Source: Chrysomallon squamiferum (taxonomy: Eukaryota; Animalia; Mollusca). Taken from it: a stretch of DNA of 64,000 nt. Made by a program: the position numbers and the translations under genes. Numbering within the stretch: the first letter of the stretch is position 1; each line of letters opens with the position of its first letter. The notes below the pieces were generated by a model. It saw only the letters and a list, made by a program, of their open reading frames with translations, made no database searches and was not told where the DNA came from. Of the stretch, positions 26,610 to 36,253 are shown piece after piece. The stretch lies in the NCBI GenBank assembly GCA_012295275.1, contig CM022679.1:20274001-20338000 (forward strand), in the 5' to 3' direction.

Positions 26610-29600
26610 GATAGTAATTTGCAAAGTATCTAGAATTTCTTATAAACATTATTGCAAAAGAATGGAGTCAGTTATTAATTAATATATTTCTCCAGTTAAT
26701 TATATATTTATAACAATTATAAAGTGTATAATATTACTTTTTTAAATAAACTTTTCAGATAATAATTTATTAATTATATAATATTATGTGATATAAAAAT
26801 ATTTAATAATAAATATACAATTAAAATGACCAACAACGTATATTATTAATATTTGAATGATTTAGACAAGCACCCCCCTGGAGTGGAGTCCTGCCCTGAA
26901 GACATCAGAGTGACCAGTCAAACTCGCCTCACTGTGGTCACCTGGGAGGAGCCCATGTTTACTGATGATGTTGGAATAGTGGATGTCGAGAAAACTCACC
27001 GATCAGGTTTTGTTTTCTTATTAATTTGTTTACCTGTAAATAACCAGGTTTTTTTTTTACCTTAAGTTACTTTGTCAACAAAATATCATAATTTTTCTTA
27101 CTGATTCCTGTCTGTTGGTGTCAGATGTTATATTTTTTCCTGTTGCAGGTCAGACATTTGCCTACGGTGAATACATTGTCAGTTATGTTGCCTATGATGC
27201 TGAAAATAATTCTGCAGAATGTAGTTTTGGAATCATTGTCAAACGTGAGTATACGTTCTTTTTACACTAACACCTTGGTTTTAATCAGTTTAGTTTACAT
27301 AATTTAATTCAGGTGTAAATGGAATCATTAAAAATATATGAAAATGAAAGACAGTGGAAAATGTTTTTAAACAAAAAGCAAGTACTGATATCAAGATTTC
27401 CAAAATATTTTGTAGTTATCACCACAAATATATAAAATTTATCCATGACTATGTGAAAAATAGATACATAAAAAAACAGTTTAATTTAATGTAATTTGTT
27501 ATGTTGATTTTTATATTAATTTAAAAAAATCATTAAATCAGAAAATGTTGTGGTTGTGTGCATGTATATGTGTAAATCATATGTAACAATAATTAGAACA
27601 TGCAGTGTCTGTTCATAATTATAATTTTTGAAAAGTAATGTTTTTAAATATTAAATAATATTAAAAATGAGCTGAATATGAATAATACAGTCTAAATATC
27701 CTTATATTTTAATATTATTTTCTCTAGCATATAACTGTATAGAACCCCCACCTCCAGTGTATGGAGCCAAAACATGCAATGCTTGGACTCATGGACACTA
27801 CTGCTCCATAGCTTGTCCAGACAACTATGACTTTGCTGAGTTCCCACCCCCGTTCTACCGGTGTGGTGCAGAGGGATTTTGGGATCCACCCCGGGGAAAT
27901 CCCTTCCGCTTTCCTGCTTGTTCAGGTATGGTTTACTTTGACAAGACTGAACATGTCATAGCCCAATGTCTGGATGTGTTTCAAGGTGTTACTCCAATCA
28001 TTAATTATCTTTGTAATAATTATTATTTATTAGTCTTTGTGTTACTAAAACAGTTGTTGTCTTTAATTGTGTGGTCATAATTGGTAAAAAATTTTTAAAA
28101 AATAGGCATTTTTAAAGAACAGATTATATACACAATATGGTCCTGAAAACAAGTATTTTTTATTTTAACATGCAGTCAACAGGCAATAGATCTGAAATTA
28201 AGAGTCTGAAAGCATTTTTTTTGGGGGAATGATTTTTATCATAAATACATTTCTGTTACATATTGGAACCAGAGGGATAAAATTGCTAAGAAACTCCAGA
28301 TATGCAAAGATCAGTACTCCTAATACTGGTAAATTTTCCGTGTTTGGAATTACCTAGCCAACCTGTGTAAAACTTTCTTTTGTTGTTTTTCTTTTCTGCT
28401 TTCTATCATCCACCTTCAGACTATTTGTGTGTTTTCTTCAGCTCTGTATCCACCTTCAAGCTGTATTCTTGGTGGGTCAGCTGGTTTCACAGGACCAGAC
28501 TGTACTGAAGACTTTAAAGCCAGTCTTCTAAAGAAGTTTATTGAAATGATGAAGGAGCTGGATGAGAGGCTAGGACTGTGTGTGCCTCACAACTGTACCT
28601 ATGACGACATTCAGGTGGAATGTGATGTCCCGACAGCCACCCGGGTCAGGCGTACTACTGCCGCTGCCTTCACTGTCAACTTTCATGTCAACCTGTCATC
28701 ACAAAGGTAATGTAAGATTAGGTCTGTTTAAAAGTCCAAAGAACTCTCTCTATCCTGAGCTTTCTGGGTGTGAAGTTTACGATAAATATTACTGTTGAAA
28801 TAATACAGACTTGAAAAAATATATATATATATTTGGTTATTTTTTAAGGTTTCAGAAAAGGTATAAAAATATAATAGAAATATATTATTTATTATTTCAG
28901 ATATAAGTATTATTTATCTTGAGGTTTGAAAGACATATATAGATTATCATGTATTTTATAAAGAGAAACAATTGCTATGAGATAATGTGATTTTCATGAA
29001 AGTGATACTTGAGATTGAGTGAGTTAGTGTATGTGATCTTTTTATAACTGATAACTATGAAAGTTATTTCCTTGTAATTATGTAACATTTGTACTGGACA
29101 TAAAGCAGTGACTGAAATAAATATTTATTTTTAAGTCAAACTAATTTTTGTTTAAAGAGGGTGTTCCAGCTTGAGCTCTATCAACTTTAAAAAAACAAAT
29201 TATGTATAGGTGATACTTCAATGATTCCTTGCTGTTAAACAATAAGAATAATCACTGAAATGCCTCACTTCTACCACATAATAACCACATATTTGAGATG
29301 TCATTATACAAATATACTTTCATTTACAGCTATGCCTTGGAAAACAGTAACATTAACTTTGCTGCTGAAGAACTGGAATCTCTGTTAAAGAGACAAATGT
29401 TTGACGGTTTCACAGCTGATCTCAGCAGATTCCAGTCATCTGTACGTCTGTCCTGTCTGGAAGGTCAAATTCTACGAACACTGGACAACAAGAAAAGACG
29501 ATGCTGTAAACACTTCATTTATTGAATTTTAGAACTATTGGTATACTCTAAAATACATGATTCTTTTCCATTATGTATGTATACATATCCAAAACTAGTT

Positions 29601-31722
29601 TTAAAAACATGATTTAAAATGATACAAGTGTCATTTATATGTAATGATTGCAAATTAAGTTATTGTACTTTAGAGTTGAAAGACTGCAAGCAGTAAAATG
29701 GCATTCTGACACACATTTTGACATATACATCCATTAAATCATAAATTTTATCTTTTAATAAACACAACTAAATAAATTTAAAGAGCTGAATATAGCATTT
29801 AAAACAAAATTATGCATATTTGGTAAAACACAATTCTTCTGTGATACATTTTATTATTTCATAATAGATTTGTAACTGAAATACACCGAAAAGGCAATGT
29901 TGCAGATGATAATATAATATGTACAGAAATAAGTATTAGTATAGAAAATAAGTGTGTTATTTTATTTAATGGTATGTTTTTAGTCATGTAGCTTATTAAC
30001 TATTACTGTCTTTTTTGTATAGTGAACTGTCCAGTTGGGTCATTCTACAGCAATGCCACAGGTCAGTGTGAACTGTGTGCGGAGGGAGCCTACAGCAGTG
30101 ACCAGCGGCAGACGCACTGTCAGACCTGTCCAAGTGGGAAGACAACTGGAGCACCAGGAGCTGTCAGTCAAACTGATTGCTATGGTAACAGTCTTCTGTC
30201 TCACTGAATATTAATGTTAACCAAATATTAAGATTTTATTGCTAATCAGGACCTAGTGTTGACAAGTACATTTTGTTAGCAACATTTACCATTAAGAGGT
30301 TCAGTAGAGGTTCACTTAGAGGTTCCAGTAAAATCATGATACCAAATGATGTGTTATCATCATGATATCCAGTAATGTCTTGTACAAAACTTAATATTCT
30401 GAACTGTAACTGATCTAAGTAGTTTATGGAATTAAGTTTTTTCATGATGTTGTAATTACTGCTTGCTTCTTTCTTTTAACTGATCATTTTAAATATATTT
30501 TTAGATAACTGTACCATAGGATATTATTATGATGCCACTGTTGGCCAGTGTCAGCCATGTTTAAAGGGAGAGTACCAGGATGAAACAGGACAGCTGAGAT
30601 GTAAATCTTGTCCTGTTGGTACAACAACGCAGAAGGAAGGAACAGTGTCTAAGGATATGTGTGGAAGTAAGTTCACAGTGTCAGGTGTCTGTTACGTCTG
30701 TATTTATGTCAAATTATACAAATCTGCCTGAAATATTTTGAAATAACTGATGACTAGAAGCTTATGAAATTACTATTATAACATATTTGTCATTCTATTA
30801 AGTAAATATACCAGTTTATTTGATAACCTAAAGTAAATACATGTGTATAATAATATTGTTAAAAAACAGTAATTATTGGGTTCAATTTTTTTTTAAAGAG
30901 TTTCAGTTTTAATATGGCAAAAAAAAAAATTCAAATATTTACTTGAAGCATCTTTTCTAATTATTTCATTAATTTTCAGATTTTTGCAAGCTGGGAGAAG
31001 AACTTGGTGTTTCTGGAGGCTGTGTACCCTGTGTGGCAGGATCATACAAAGATGACCTTGACCTTATGTTCTGTAGGTTGTGTGACTATGGCTGGACCAC
31101 TGCAAATGAAGGAGCCACTTCTAAAGACCAGTGTACTGTTGGTGAGTCGGTATTTTTTTAAATTGTGCTGTATTTTACCTATTTTGTATCTGTCTCTTTG
31201 TCTTTTGGTCTGAATCTGTTCAGATGACTCTGCCTCAGTGTAAAGTGTGTGTGTGTGTATGGCTATATATGTGTCTGTGTGTATATGTACATCCATTTTG
31301 TAACTCTCTATCTAATTATCCACCACTAAATTCTATATAAATTATGTGTGTGTGTGTGTGTGTGTGTGCGTGTGTGTCTGTGTGTGAATTTATATATATG
31401 TATGTATTTACAGCTTACTGTGCCAGAGGACAATATCGCACAGAGAACAATAAATGTGAACAGTGTCCACAAGGAACATACAACCCACACCCAGGTCAGA
31501 CAAAATGCACTCCATGTGGCCCTGGCAGGACTACTCCAGTAGAGGGTGCTATCTCTGAAAGTCAGTGCATTGCTGGTCCTGTGAATGAGTGTGAGTTTGA
31601 CACAGACAACTGCCACGACAATGCTACCTGTCACGACCAGGAAAATGGTTTCTCTTGTACCTGCAACTTTGGATTTAACGGATCTGGAGTTCATTGTAAA
31701 GGTATGCTATACCTCAGTGTGT

Positions 31723-31783
<61 letters not shown>

Positions 31784-33206
31784 TGCACACAAGGCCTATG
31801 TCTGTATGTATGTTTGCAGCATCATACATGTGTAACTATTTTTCTTTATTTATTTGTGTGTTTTTTATATTAAAAATGTTCACTTTAAATATTAAGTAGC
31901 AGATAATAAAACATATAATGTTGGTGTCAAAAATAATTATATTTTTAATCCATGTATTTTTACCTAATGAAAATAAAAAAAAAAAAAAAACATAAATAAA
32001 AGTATATATTTAAAAGTATATTTAGATATGTAAATCAAAATAATAAAATTAAATTTTTTATAATGTTTAGTTGTTATCATATTATGGTTATGAACACAAA
32101 GCCAGAAGTCAGACATGATTTTGTTTAAACTGATTTCAGATAACTGTGAGGGCTACATCTGTGTGCATGGTGTGTGTATTTATGACAACTTGGGCAGTGC
32201 TATATGTGACTGTGATGTGGGCTATACAGGAGAGAGGTGTGACCAGAAGATTGAGAGTAAGTATTTAACAGCATCTTAACACATGTTTAGAAGTTTACGA
32301 GAAAGAAAATATATTATTACCATGGCAATATTTTCCTCTTTTATCATAATGTTGTTGTTTACATACAGTATATCCCATAATACTTAATATAATAAAACAT
32401 ATTTTTTTTTTTTTCTTTAGGTCTATCAGGTTTCTTATCTGATGTGGTTGTTGGAGGGATTGCTGGAGCATCTGTAGCCCTGGTTGTTATTGTGCTGGCC
32501 TTTGTTGCATACTGCTATAGGTAAATAATTAACATTTCAAACAATTAACAACCAATATTTTTTTTTATTTAAGTTGTCTCAAAATATTTATTCATTCATG
32601 TAATTATATTGTTTTAAATTTATGCATTGGTGTAGATATAGTCTTGTTGGTTACATTTCCATTGTTCTAAATATTGCATCATCTAACAATGGGTTCCAAA
32701 TGATAAATTACCCAAAATGGTAGATTTTTAAAGATGTTTTAATGTCACCATCTAATTCATATTAGATATATATATATATATTTAGATGAATATGCCAGGC
32801 AAGGCATTCAGGAAATAAATATGCTTTACAATGGACTTTGTAAAACATGTAAGTTGAATGAGAGCAACAGATAGAGTCTCACATAATGTCTTCAAAATGT
32901 TACAAGATCTGAATGATTATAGTTGTATACTGCAGTATATCAAACACTGTTTTATTACTTTACAGGAGATCAAAAGGTGGCAAAGATTTCCAAAACTCGT
33001 ATCGGATTCATCGAGACAGCTACCAGGCTCCCATGTTTGCCTACCAAAACAATGCCTACGACAACACTGAACGACCCAGTGCCATTCTGCTGAATGGTCA
33101 CTATGACAACAATTCCCACTCTTCATCTTCATCCTCCGACATACAGCCATGGAGCAAGAGTGTGTTCACCTCGCCAGTAGAGGTAGATGAAAATACATAC
33201 CTGTGA
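349..33206 (+). CDS. uif: Partial (5' end missing) 48-exon gene for a giant type I membrane protein, uninflatable (uif)/SVEP1-like: sushi, mucin, HYR, ephrin-receptor-like Cys repeats, EGF, pentraxin/LamG, TM
   Basis: 48 GT-AG exons join in consistent phase (9770 nt, about 3255 aa to TGA at 33204-33206). Domain order and motifs match my recollection of Drosophila Uif: [52 protein letters not shown]. Orthology was not tested by search. Confidence 0.85.
837..888. repeat. (GT)n microsatellite; others near 25890, 26567, 31725 and 43945; (AG)n near 10173 and 42526
   Basis: Seen directly in the sequence. Confidence 0.95.
1030..1203 (+). CDS. exon 2: sushi/CCP
   Basis: tttag|...A|gtaagt; [11 protein letters not shown]...[14 protein letters not shown]. 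Confidence 0.93.
1637..1756 (+). CDS. exon 3: N-terminal half of split sushi
   Basis: tttcag|...G|gtattg; [12 protein letters not shown]...[13 protein letters not shown]. Confidence 0.9.
2014..2267 (+). CDS. exon 4: sushi Cys3 then insert module A, first half
   Basis: tttag|AT CCC...ATG|gtacag; DPWPLEC...; phase 1-0. Confidence 0.85.
2517..2757. repeat. 60-bp minisatellite, about 4 copies, ending at the exon 5 acceptor
   Basis: Unit tttactcaatatacaataactattgatataggcatgatactaacaaacaaatcttt... Confidence 0.92.
2765..3008 (+). CDS. exon 5: module A, second half
   Basis: gacag|GTA...TTA G|gtaatt; ends [14 protein letters not shown]. Confidence 0.8.
3337..4482 (+). CDS. exon 6: Thr/Ser/Pro mucin domain with 15-bp [10 protein letters not shown] repeats
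   Basis: tttag|AA TGT...GAA G|gtaagt; open for 1146 nt, phase 1-1. Confidence 0.88.
3695..4451 (+). repeat. Coding 15-bp tandem repeat (about 50 units, mucin VNTR)
   Basis: ACAACTCAGAGACCT and variants. Confidence 0.95.
5800..6278. repeat. About 56-bp minisatellite, about 8 copies
   Basis: tatatagatgaaagtgtttacaactgagtacatgtttgtatgtgtgcatgtgtaat at 6071, 6127, 6183 and elsewhere. Confidence 0.9.
7463..7677 (+). CDS. exon 7: module B, first half
   Basis: tttcag|AT AAG...AAG|gtttac; phase 1-0. Confidence 0.82.
7843..8409 (+). CDS. exon 8: module B second half, Thr linker, module C first half
   Basis: ttacag|GCA...CAG|gtaatt; [16 protein letters not shown]. Confidence 0.88.
9104..9368 (+). 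CDS. exon 9: module C, second half
   Basis: ttacag|ATT...GAA G|gtagat; [15 protein letters not shown]. Confidence 0.87.
9781..10001 (+). CDS. exon 10: module D, first half
   Basis: tttcag|AA...GCT|gtaagt; open frame, phase 1-0. Confidence 0.85.
10302..10560 (+). CDS. exon 11: module D, second half
   Basis: tttcag|GTT...TCA G|gtgaga; [16 protein letters not shown]. Confidence 0.87.
11132..11239 (+). CDS. exon 12: furin-type site RARR and C-terminal end of the split sushi
   Basis: tttag|AT...AGA G|gtaacc; NARARREIN...[12 protein letters not shown]. Confidence 0.87.
11628..11803 (+). CDS. exon 13: HYR 1, first part
   Basis: [11 protein letters not shown]...SDNSG; ACA|gtaagt. Confidence 0.9.
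12075..12150 (+). CDS. exon 14: HYR 1, end
   Basis: [12 protein letters not shown]; G|gtaaga. Confidence 0.9.
12471..12722 (+). CDS. exon 15: HYR 2
   Basis: [10 protein letters not shown]...[12 protein letters not shown]; C|gtaagt. Confidence 0.9.
13224..13430 (+). CDS. exon 16: sushi-like
   Basis: [13 protein letters not shown]...[11 protein letters not shown]; G|gtagga. Confidence 0.9.
13760..13953 (+). CDS. exon 17: Cys-bridged (SEA-like) module, first half
   Basis: tgcag|AG...ACG|gtatgt; phase 1-0. Confidence 0.87.
14387..14609 (+). CDS. exon 18: module second half
   Basis: tttcag|ATT...TGC T|gtgagt; [12 protein letters not shown]. Confidence 0.87.
15071..15232 (+). CDS. exon 19: ephrin-receptor-like Cys repeat
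   Basis: [24 protein letters not shown]; 162 nt. Confidence 0.92.
15631..15792 (+). CDS. exon 20: ephrin-receptor-like Cys repeat
   Basis: [19 protein letters not shown]; 162 nt. Confidence 0.92.
16239..16400 (+). CDS. exon 21: ephrin-receptor-like Cys repeat
   Basis: [17 protein letters not shown]; 162 nt. Confidence 0.92.
16506..16601 (+). CDS. exon 22: EGF
   Basis: [15 protein letters not shown]...CPVGFT. Confidence 0.92.
16707..16853. repeat. 50-bp tandem repeat, 3 copies, covering the exon 23 acceptor
   Basis: ccagtactattttacttctttattctaggaact at 50-bp spacing. Confidence 0.92.
16849..16953 (+). CDS. exon 23: Ca-binding EGF
   Basis: [16 protein letters not shown]. Confidence 0.92.
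17392..17518 (+). CDS. exon 24: EGF
   Basis: [15 protein letters not shown]; CA|gtacgt matches the phase-2 acceptor at 18071. Confidence 0.9.
18071..18161 (+). CDS. exon 25: EGF
   Basis: [14 protein letters not shown]; GGG|gtaagt. Confidence 0.92.
18521..18641 (+). CDS. exon 26: EGF
   Basis: [16 protein letters not shown]. Confidence 0.92.
18877..18983 (+). CDS. exon 27: EGF
   Basis: [13 protein letters not shown]; CAG|gtaagg. Confidence 0.92.
19247..19364 (+). CDS. exon 28: EGF
   Basis: [15 protein letters not shown]. Confidence 0.92.
19775..20066. repeat. (GATA)n/(GACA)n compound microsatellite
   Basis: Seen directly in the sequence. Confidence 0.95.
20225..20347 (+). CDS. exon 29: EGF
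   Basis: [23 protein letters not shown]; G|gtgagt. Confidence 0.92.
20357..21743. repeat. 84-bp minisatellite, about 16 copies
   Basis: Unit ctttttacataacatttactgaacctgacttttatatacatcaaagttacttgaagactttgagtagaaaaactagagtgatat; 28-aa periodicity in the ORF track. Confidence 0.96.
22077..22204 (+). CDS. exon 30: EGF
   Basis: [15 protein letters not shown]. Confidence 0.92.
22801..22994 (+). CDS. exon 31: two EGF
   Basis: [15 protein letters not shown]...[14 protein letters not shown]. Confidence 0.92.
23251..23375 (+). CDS. exon 32: EGF
   Basis: [16 protein letters not shown]; G|gtctgt. Confidence 0.9.
23351..23727. repeat. 77-bp tandem repeat spanning the exon 32 donor
   Basis: tgcctctgttctaaag|gt with donors at 23376, 23453, 23530, 23607 and 23722. 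Confidence 0.92.
24144..24401 (+). CDS. exon 33: two EGF
   Basis: [15 protein letters not shown]...[12 protein letters not shown]; G|gtaaga. Confidence 0.92.
24555..24720 (+). CDS. exon 34: pentraxin/LamG start
   Basis: DYDM...[11 protein letters not shown]; CA|gtaagt. Confidence 0.88.
25295..25528 (+). CDS. exon 35: pentraxin/LamG
   Basis: [12 protein letters not shown]...IYVDG. Confidence 0.92.
26036..26316 (+). CDS. exon 36: pentraxin end and short EGF-like segment
   Basis: [11 protein letters not shown]...[10 protein letters not shown]. Confidence 0.92.
26866..27006 (+). CDS. exon 37: HYR 3, first part
   Basis: [14 protein letters not shown]...[11 protein letters not shown]. Confidence 0.92.
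27149..27244 (+). CDS. exon 38: HYR 3, end
   Basis: [24 protein letters not shown]. Confidence 0.92.
27728..27925 (+). CDS. exon 39: sushi-like
   Basis: CSIAC...[10 protein letters not shown]...FPACS. Confidence 0.92.
28442..28706 (+). CDS. exon 40: SEA-like module with furin site RVRR (28642-28653)
   Basis: ttcag|CT...AG|gtaatg; DIQVEC...RVRR. Confidence 0.9.
29330..29505 (+). CDS. exon 41
   Basis: ttacag|C...TGC T|gtaaac; LSCLEGQIL. Confidence 0.87.
30023..30184 (+). CDS. exon 42: ephrin-receptor-like Cys repeat
   Basis: NCPVGSFY...CPSGKTT; 162 nt. Confidence 0.92.
30505..30666 (+). CDS. exon 43: ephrin-receptor-like Cys repeat
   Basis: [25 protein letters not shown]; 162 nt. Confidence 0.92.
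30980..31141 (+). CDS. exon 44: ephrin-receptor-like Cys repeat
   Basis: [10 protein letters not shown]...[11 protein letters not shown]; 162 nt. Confidence 0.92.
31414..31701 (+). CDS. exon 45: Cys repeat and Ca-binding EGF
   Basis: CPQGTYN...[17 protein letters not shown]...GFNGSGVHC. Confidence 0.92.
32140..32256 (+). CDS. exon 46: juxtamembrane EGF
   Basis: [11 protein letters not shown]...[10 protein letters not shown]. Confidence 0.92.
32421..32520 (+). CDS. exon 47: transmembrane helix
   Basis: [25 protein letters not shown]; AG|gtaaat. Confidence 0.92.
32966..33206 (+). CDS. exon 48: cytoplasmic tail ending NTYL*
   Basis: ttacag|G AGA TCA; basic stop-transfer RRSK, YQNNAY motif, T-x-L C-terminus. 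Confidence 0.88.
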
Positions 33207-36204
33207 ACCCACCTGGCTTGCCTCTACTTACCTGTTAGTCGACTTACCTGCGCACGTTCACCTCACCTAACCCATCCTTTATAGTGTATAGTGGTCAATA
33301 CTTTTTGATTAGCTACATTGTTTTTTTCAAAAATTGCACTTTATTTTTTGCACTGACTAATTTTTTGGTGTTATTTGTTAAAACAATTTGCACTGTTAAT
33401 TTTTATTTTGCACTGGTGGGGTTTTCTGCTTGGTTTTGACAAATTTTGTTCATGTTTTTATTTTATTACATTTTTATATTGTTTTTCCATTACTAATATA
33501 GCTTATAAGCATTGTCTTCAAAATGTTTTAAGTATGGTTCTGTAATTATAAGATTTCTACAATTTTATGTAATTAAATTTTAAATTTTGAATTTTTAACG
33601 TATTTATATAATTACTAAAATGTTGAAATGTTGTCATTTTTGTTAAATTATAGTTGGCTTTTGCAATCCCATAATGCTTTTGGCCAGTTCTTATGAAACA
33701 TAAATATTAAACCATGGAAAGAAAATGTCATAAATAAGAATGGTTTGATTCATTCAGGCATTGTAGGTTTTGTTTTGTCCCTTTTAACTTATTTGTTATT
33801 TCATTATTTTTTAATTAAAATCTCATTTTTTTTTGTTTATGGTTGATTAAAAAAATATATAGAAAAAATAAAAAAAAGAAAAACATAGAGAAATAATACA
33901 GATACAATAGCCATTAGAAGTATAATTTTATAATTACACATGAATTTCATAAAGGCATGGTAGATATATAAATAATATTTACAAATTAAATGCATATAGA
34001 AAAAGGAAACAGTATTGCTGCTTTTGAACAGGTTAAAAATTATAATACATGTATAAATATTTTAAATTTTTCACAAACTGGGAAACCAAAATAATACAAG
34101 ACATTTTCTAACAATTAAAAAAAGTTTAAAATTTATTGTTTAAATTTTAAATGTTATAGAAAGAATGATGAACAAAATAATGTAAATAAAAATATATTTA
34201 TTCATTTTAATGGGCTTGTTTATCAATGTATGTTATTATAAAAATAGTTTGTATTCAACTGTTATTTGAAGAAAATGAAGTATTATTATTTTTAATTAAA
34301 TTATATTTGCTATATTCGGAGAATTGGTTAGAGCATTATGGAAATAAATACAAAAATATATATTATAAATTTAAATATATACATACATATTAACCCGGTG
34401 TGTAATATATTCTGTATATGATATTTAAGTCTATACATTCCAGGTCATCTATTAACTTCATATTATTTACATATATTTTTACCTTTGTTATTGATCATTT
34501 GCTCATTTTATTTGTTTTTACTTGACATGGATTGCAGAAAACTTAATTTGTTTTGACTTAATATTTAAAATATTTTTATAGACATTTTAGATTGAGAACT
34601 AGTATTTTTAGTAAAAGCTGCTAAAAGTACGACATGGAGAAAATGTGAATGTATTAGAAAAGGATTTTATGAAAAGAAGTCAAAAATGTTTGCATGAATA
34701 ATTGTGTTGTGATTATTTCTATAATTTTTTTATTTTGCATTGTTTTTTTGTTTTTTGTTTTTTTTAAAGTTACTTCAATAATAAAGATTTACCAAAGAAA
34801 GTGATACAGATTCTGGACTGAGAATAACTAATATATAGAGATGGCTAGCCATTTTTTTTCAAAATTCCTCAGAGCTAGTGAATTAAATGTTTGTTTAAAA
34901 ACCATTTTAAAATATAAAAATATATCAGATGTTAGAACCAAAATATGTATCTCAAACTGGTCAGTTGTGGTCAAAGCTGGACTGGTCACTTTGAAGAGAG
35001 ATTCAGCCTGGCATATCAAAACATGATTTTTAACTTTTTGTGAATAGTTAAGAGATTACTAATCATTGTGATTTACATGCTTTTTATTGTTCAAATTGTC
35101 TTGTGCCTAATCTTGCCATGAACAAACTTTTTATATAGTGTTATATATTTGTACATAATAAAACTTTTCTACAAGCACATTTCAATGACAGTTTCATTTT
35201 TAAATGTTTACACATTGTTTTCTGATATTTTTTCATTTTTATTAATTATTTGTTGTGAAATCTAAAAAAACAAAACAACATAAGTATAGATTAAAAATAA
35301 TAATAATAATATGCTGTAGATAATAAATATTTGCTGTTTTTTAGCAACAGACAAGATGAATTACTACGTTTTTAAGTTCATAGCAAACCAAAGTGTTGTG
35401 TCAGTAATGTTCAGTGCATTTAATTATTTATTATATAAGCTGGTTATGTATCATTAGTATTACATATCTGAATAGATGTGTACAGTATGAAGCAAATGAC
35501 ACTTAGTTTTATATAAACAATTTAAACAAGTTATTAAAATCATGTTTATTATTACTGGTTGTGTTTCTAATTGTTATAAAACTGTTGATTAAAAAACAAA
35601 TATTTTGACTAAATTAATAAAACTAATTTATATTTACTGTTTTATTAATTCTTATATTGGCTTTTTCTGCTGTAATAAAAAATAAGAAACAGTACATAAG
35701 AAAGAAACTGTTATGGCAGATTAACAAAAATAAGGAAGTGTTACTAATATCCCAAACATTTTACTCTGCTCACACTAACTATGAAGAATTACTAAAGATT
35801 ACCTTGTTCAGGTGTTTATCAGCTTTTCTTCAAACAGTTTTACTTGGCTCTGTTTTTAATACCTACGTAGATACCTTCACAGTGTGTAGATCTGCAGTAA
35901 CTGTATTACACATATCCACCGAGAAAAACCCATGACCTTGTTTAAACATACTATTGTTACAATCTTGCCAAATTAAATTTACTAAATGAGAAGAGTGTAG
36001 AGGAATATTTATTTCATCCTGTGCATAATGTTTAGCCATATATTAAGTTATGGGGTTTTTTGTTGTATTTTGTGATTAACAGTATTGATAATAAAATATT
36101 ATTTCATTACACAGTCTTTCTTTTTTTATGAAAATATAGCTTTACTGACAATTCTATATATATTTTATAATATGAAGAAAAACAACAAATATATATTAGT
36201 GTCA

Positions 36205-36253
<49 letters not shown>

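Noticed and set aside
33207-36000. Specific polyadenylation signal for the uif-like gene (e.g. AATAAA at 35157)
   Set aside because: Too many AATAAA hexamers in AT-rich DNA to choose one without 3'-end data.
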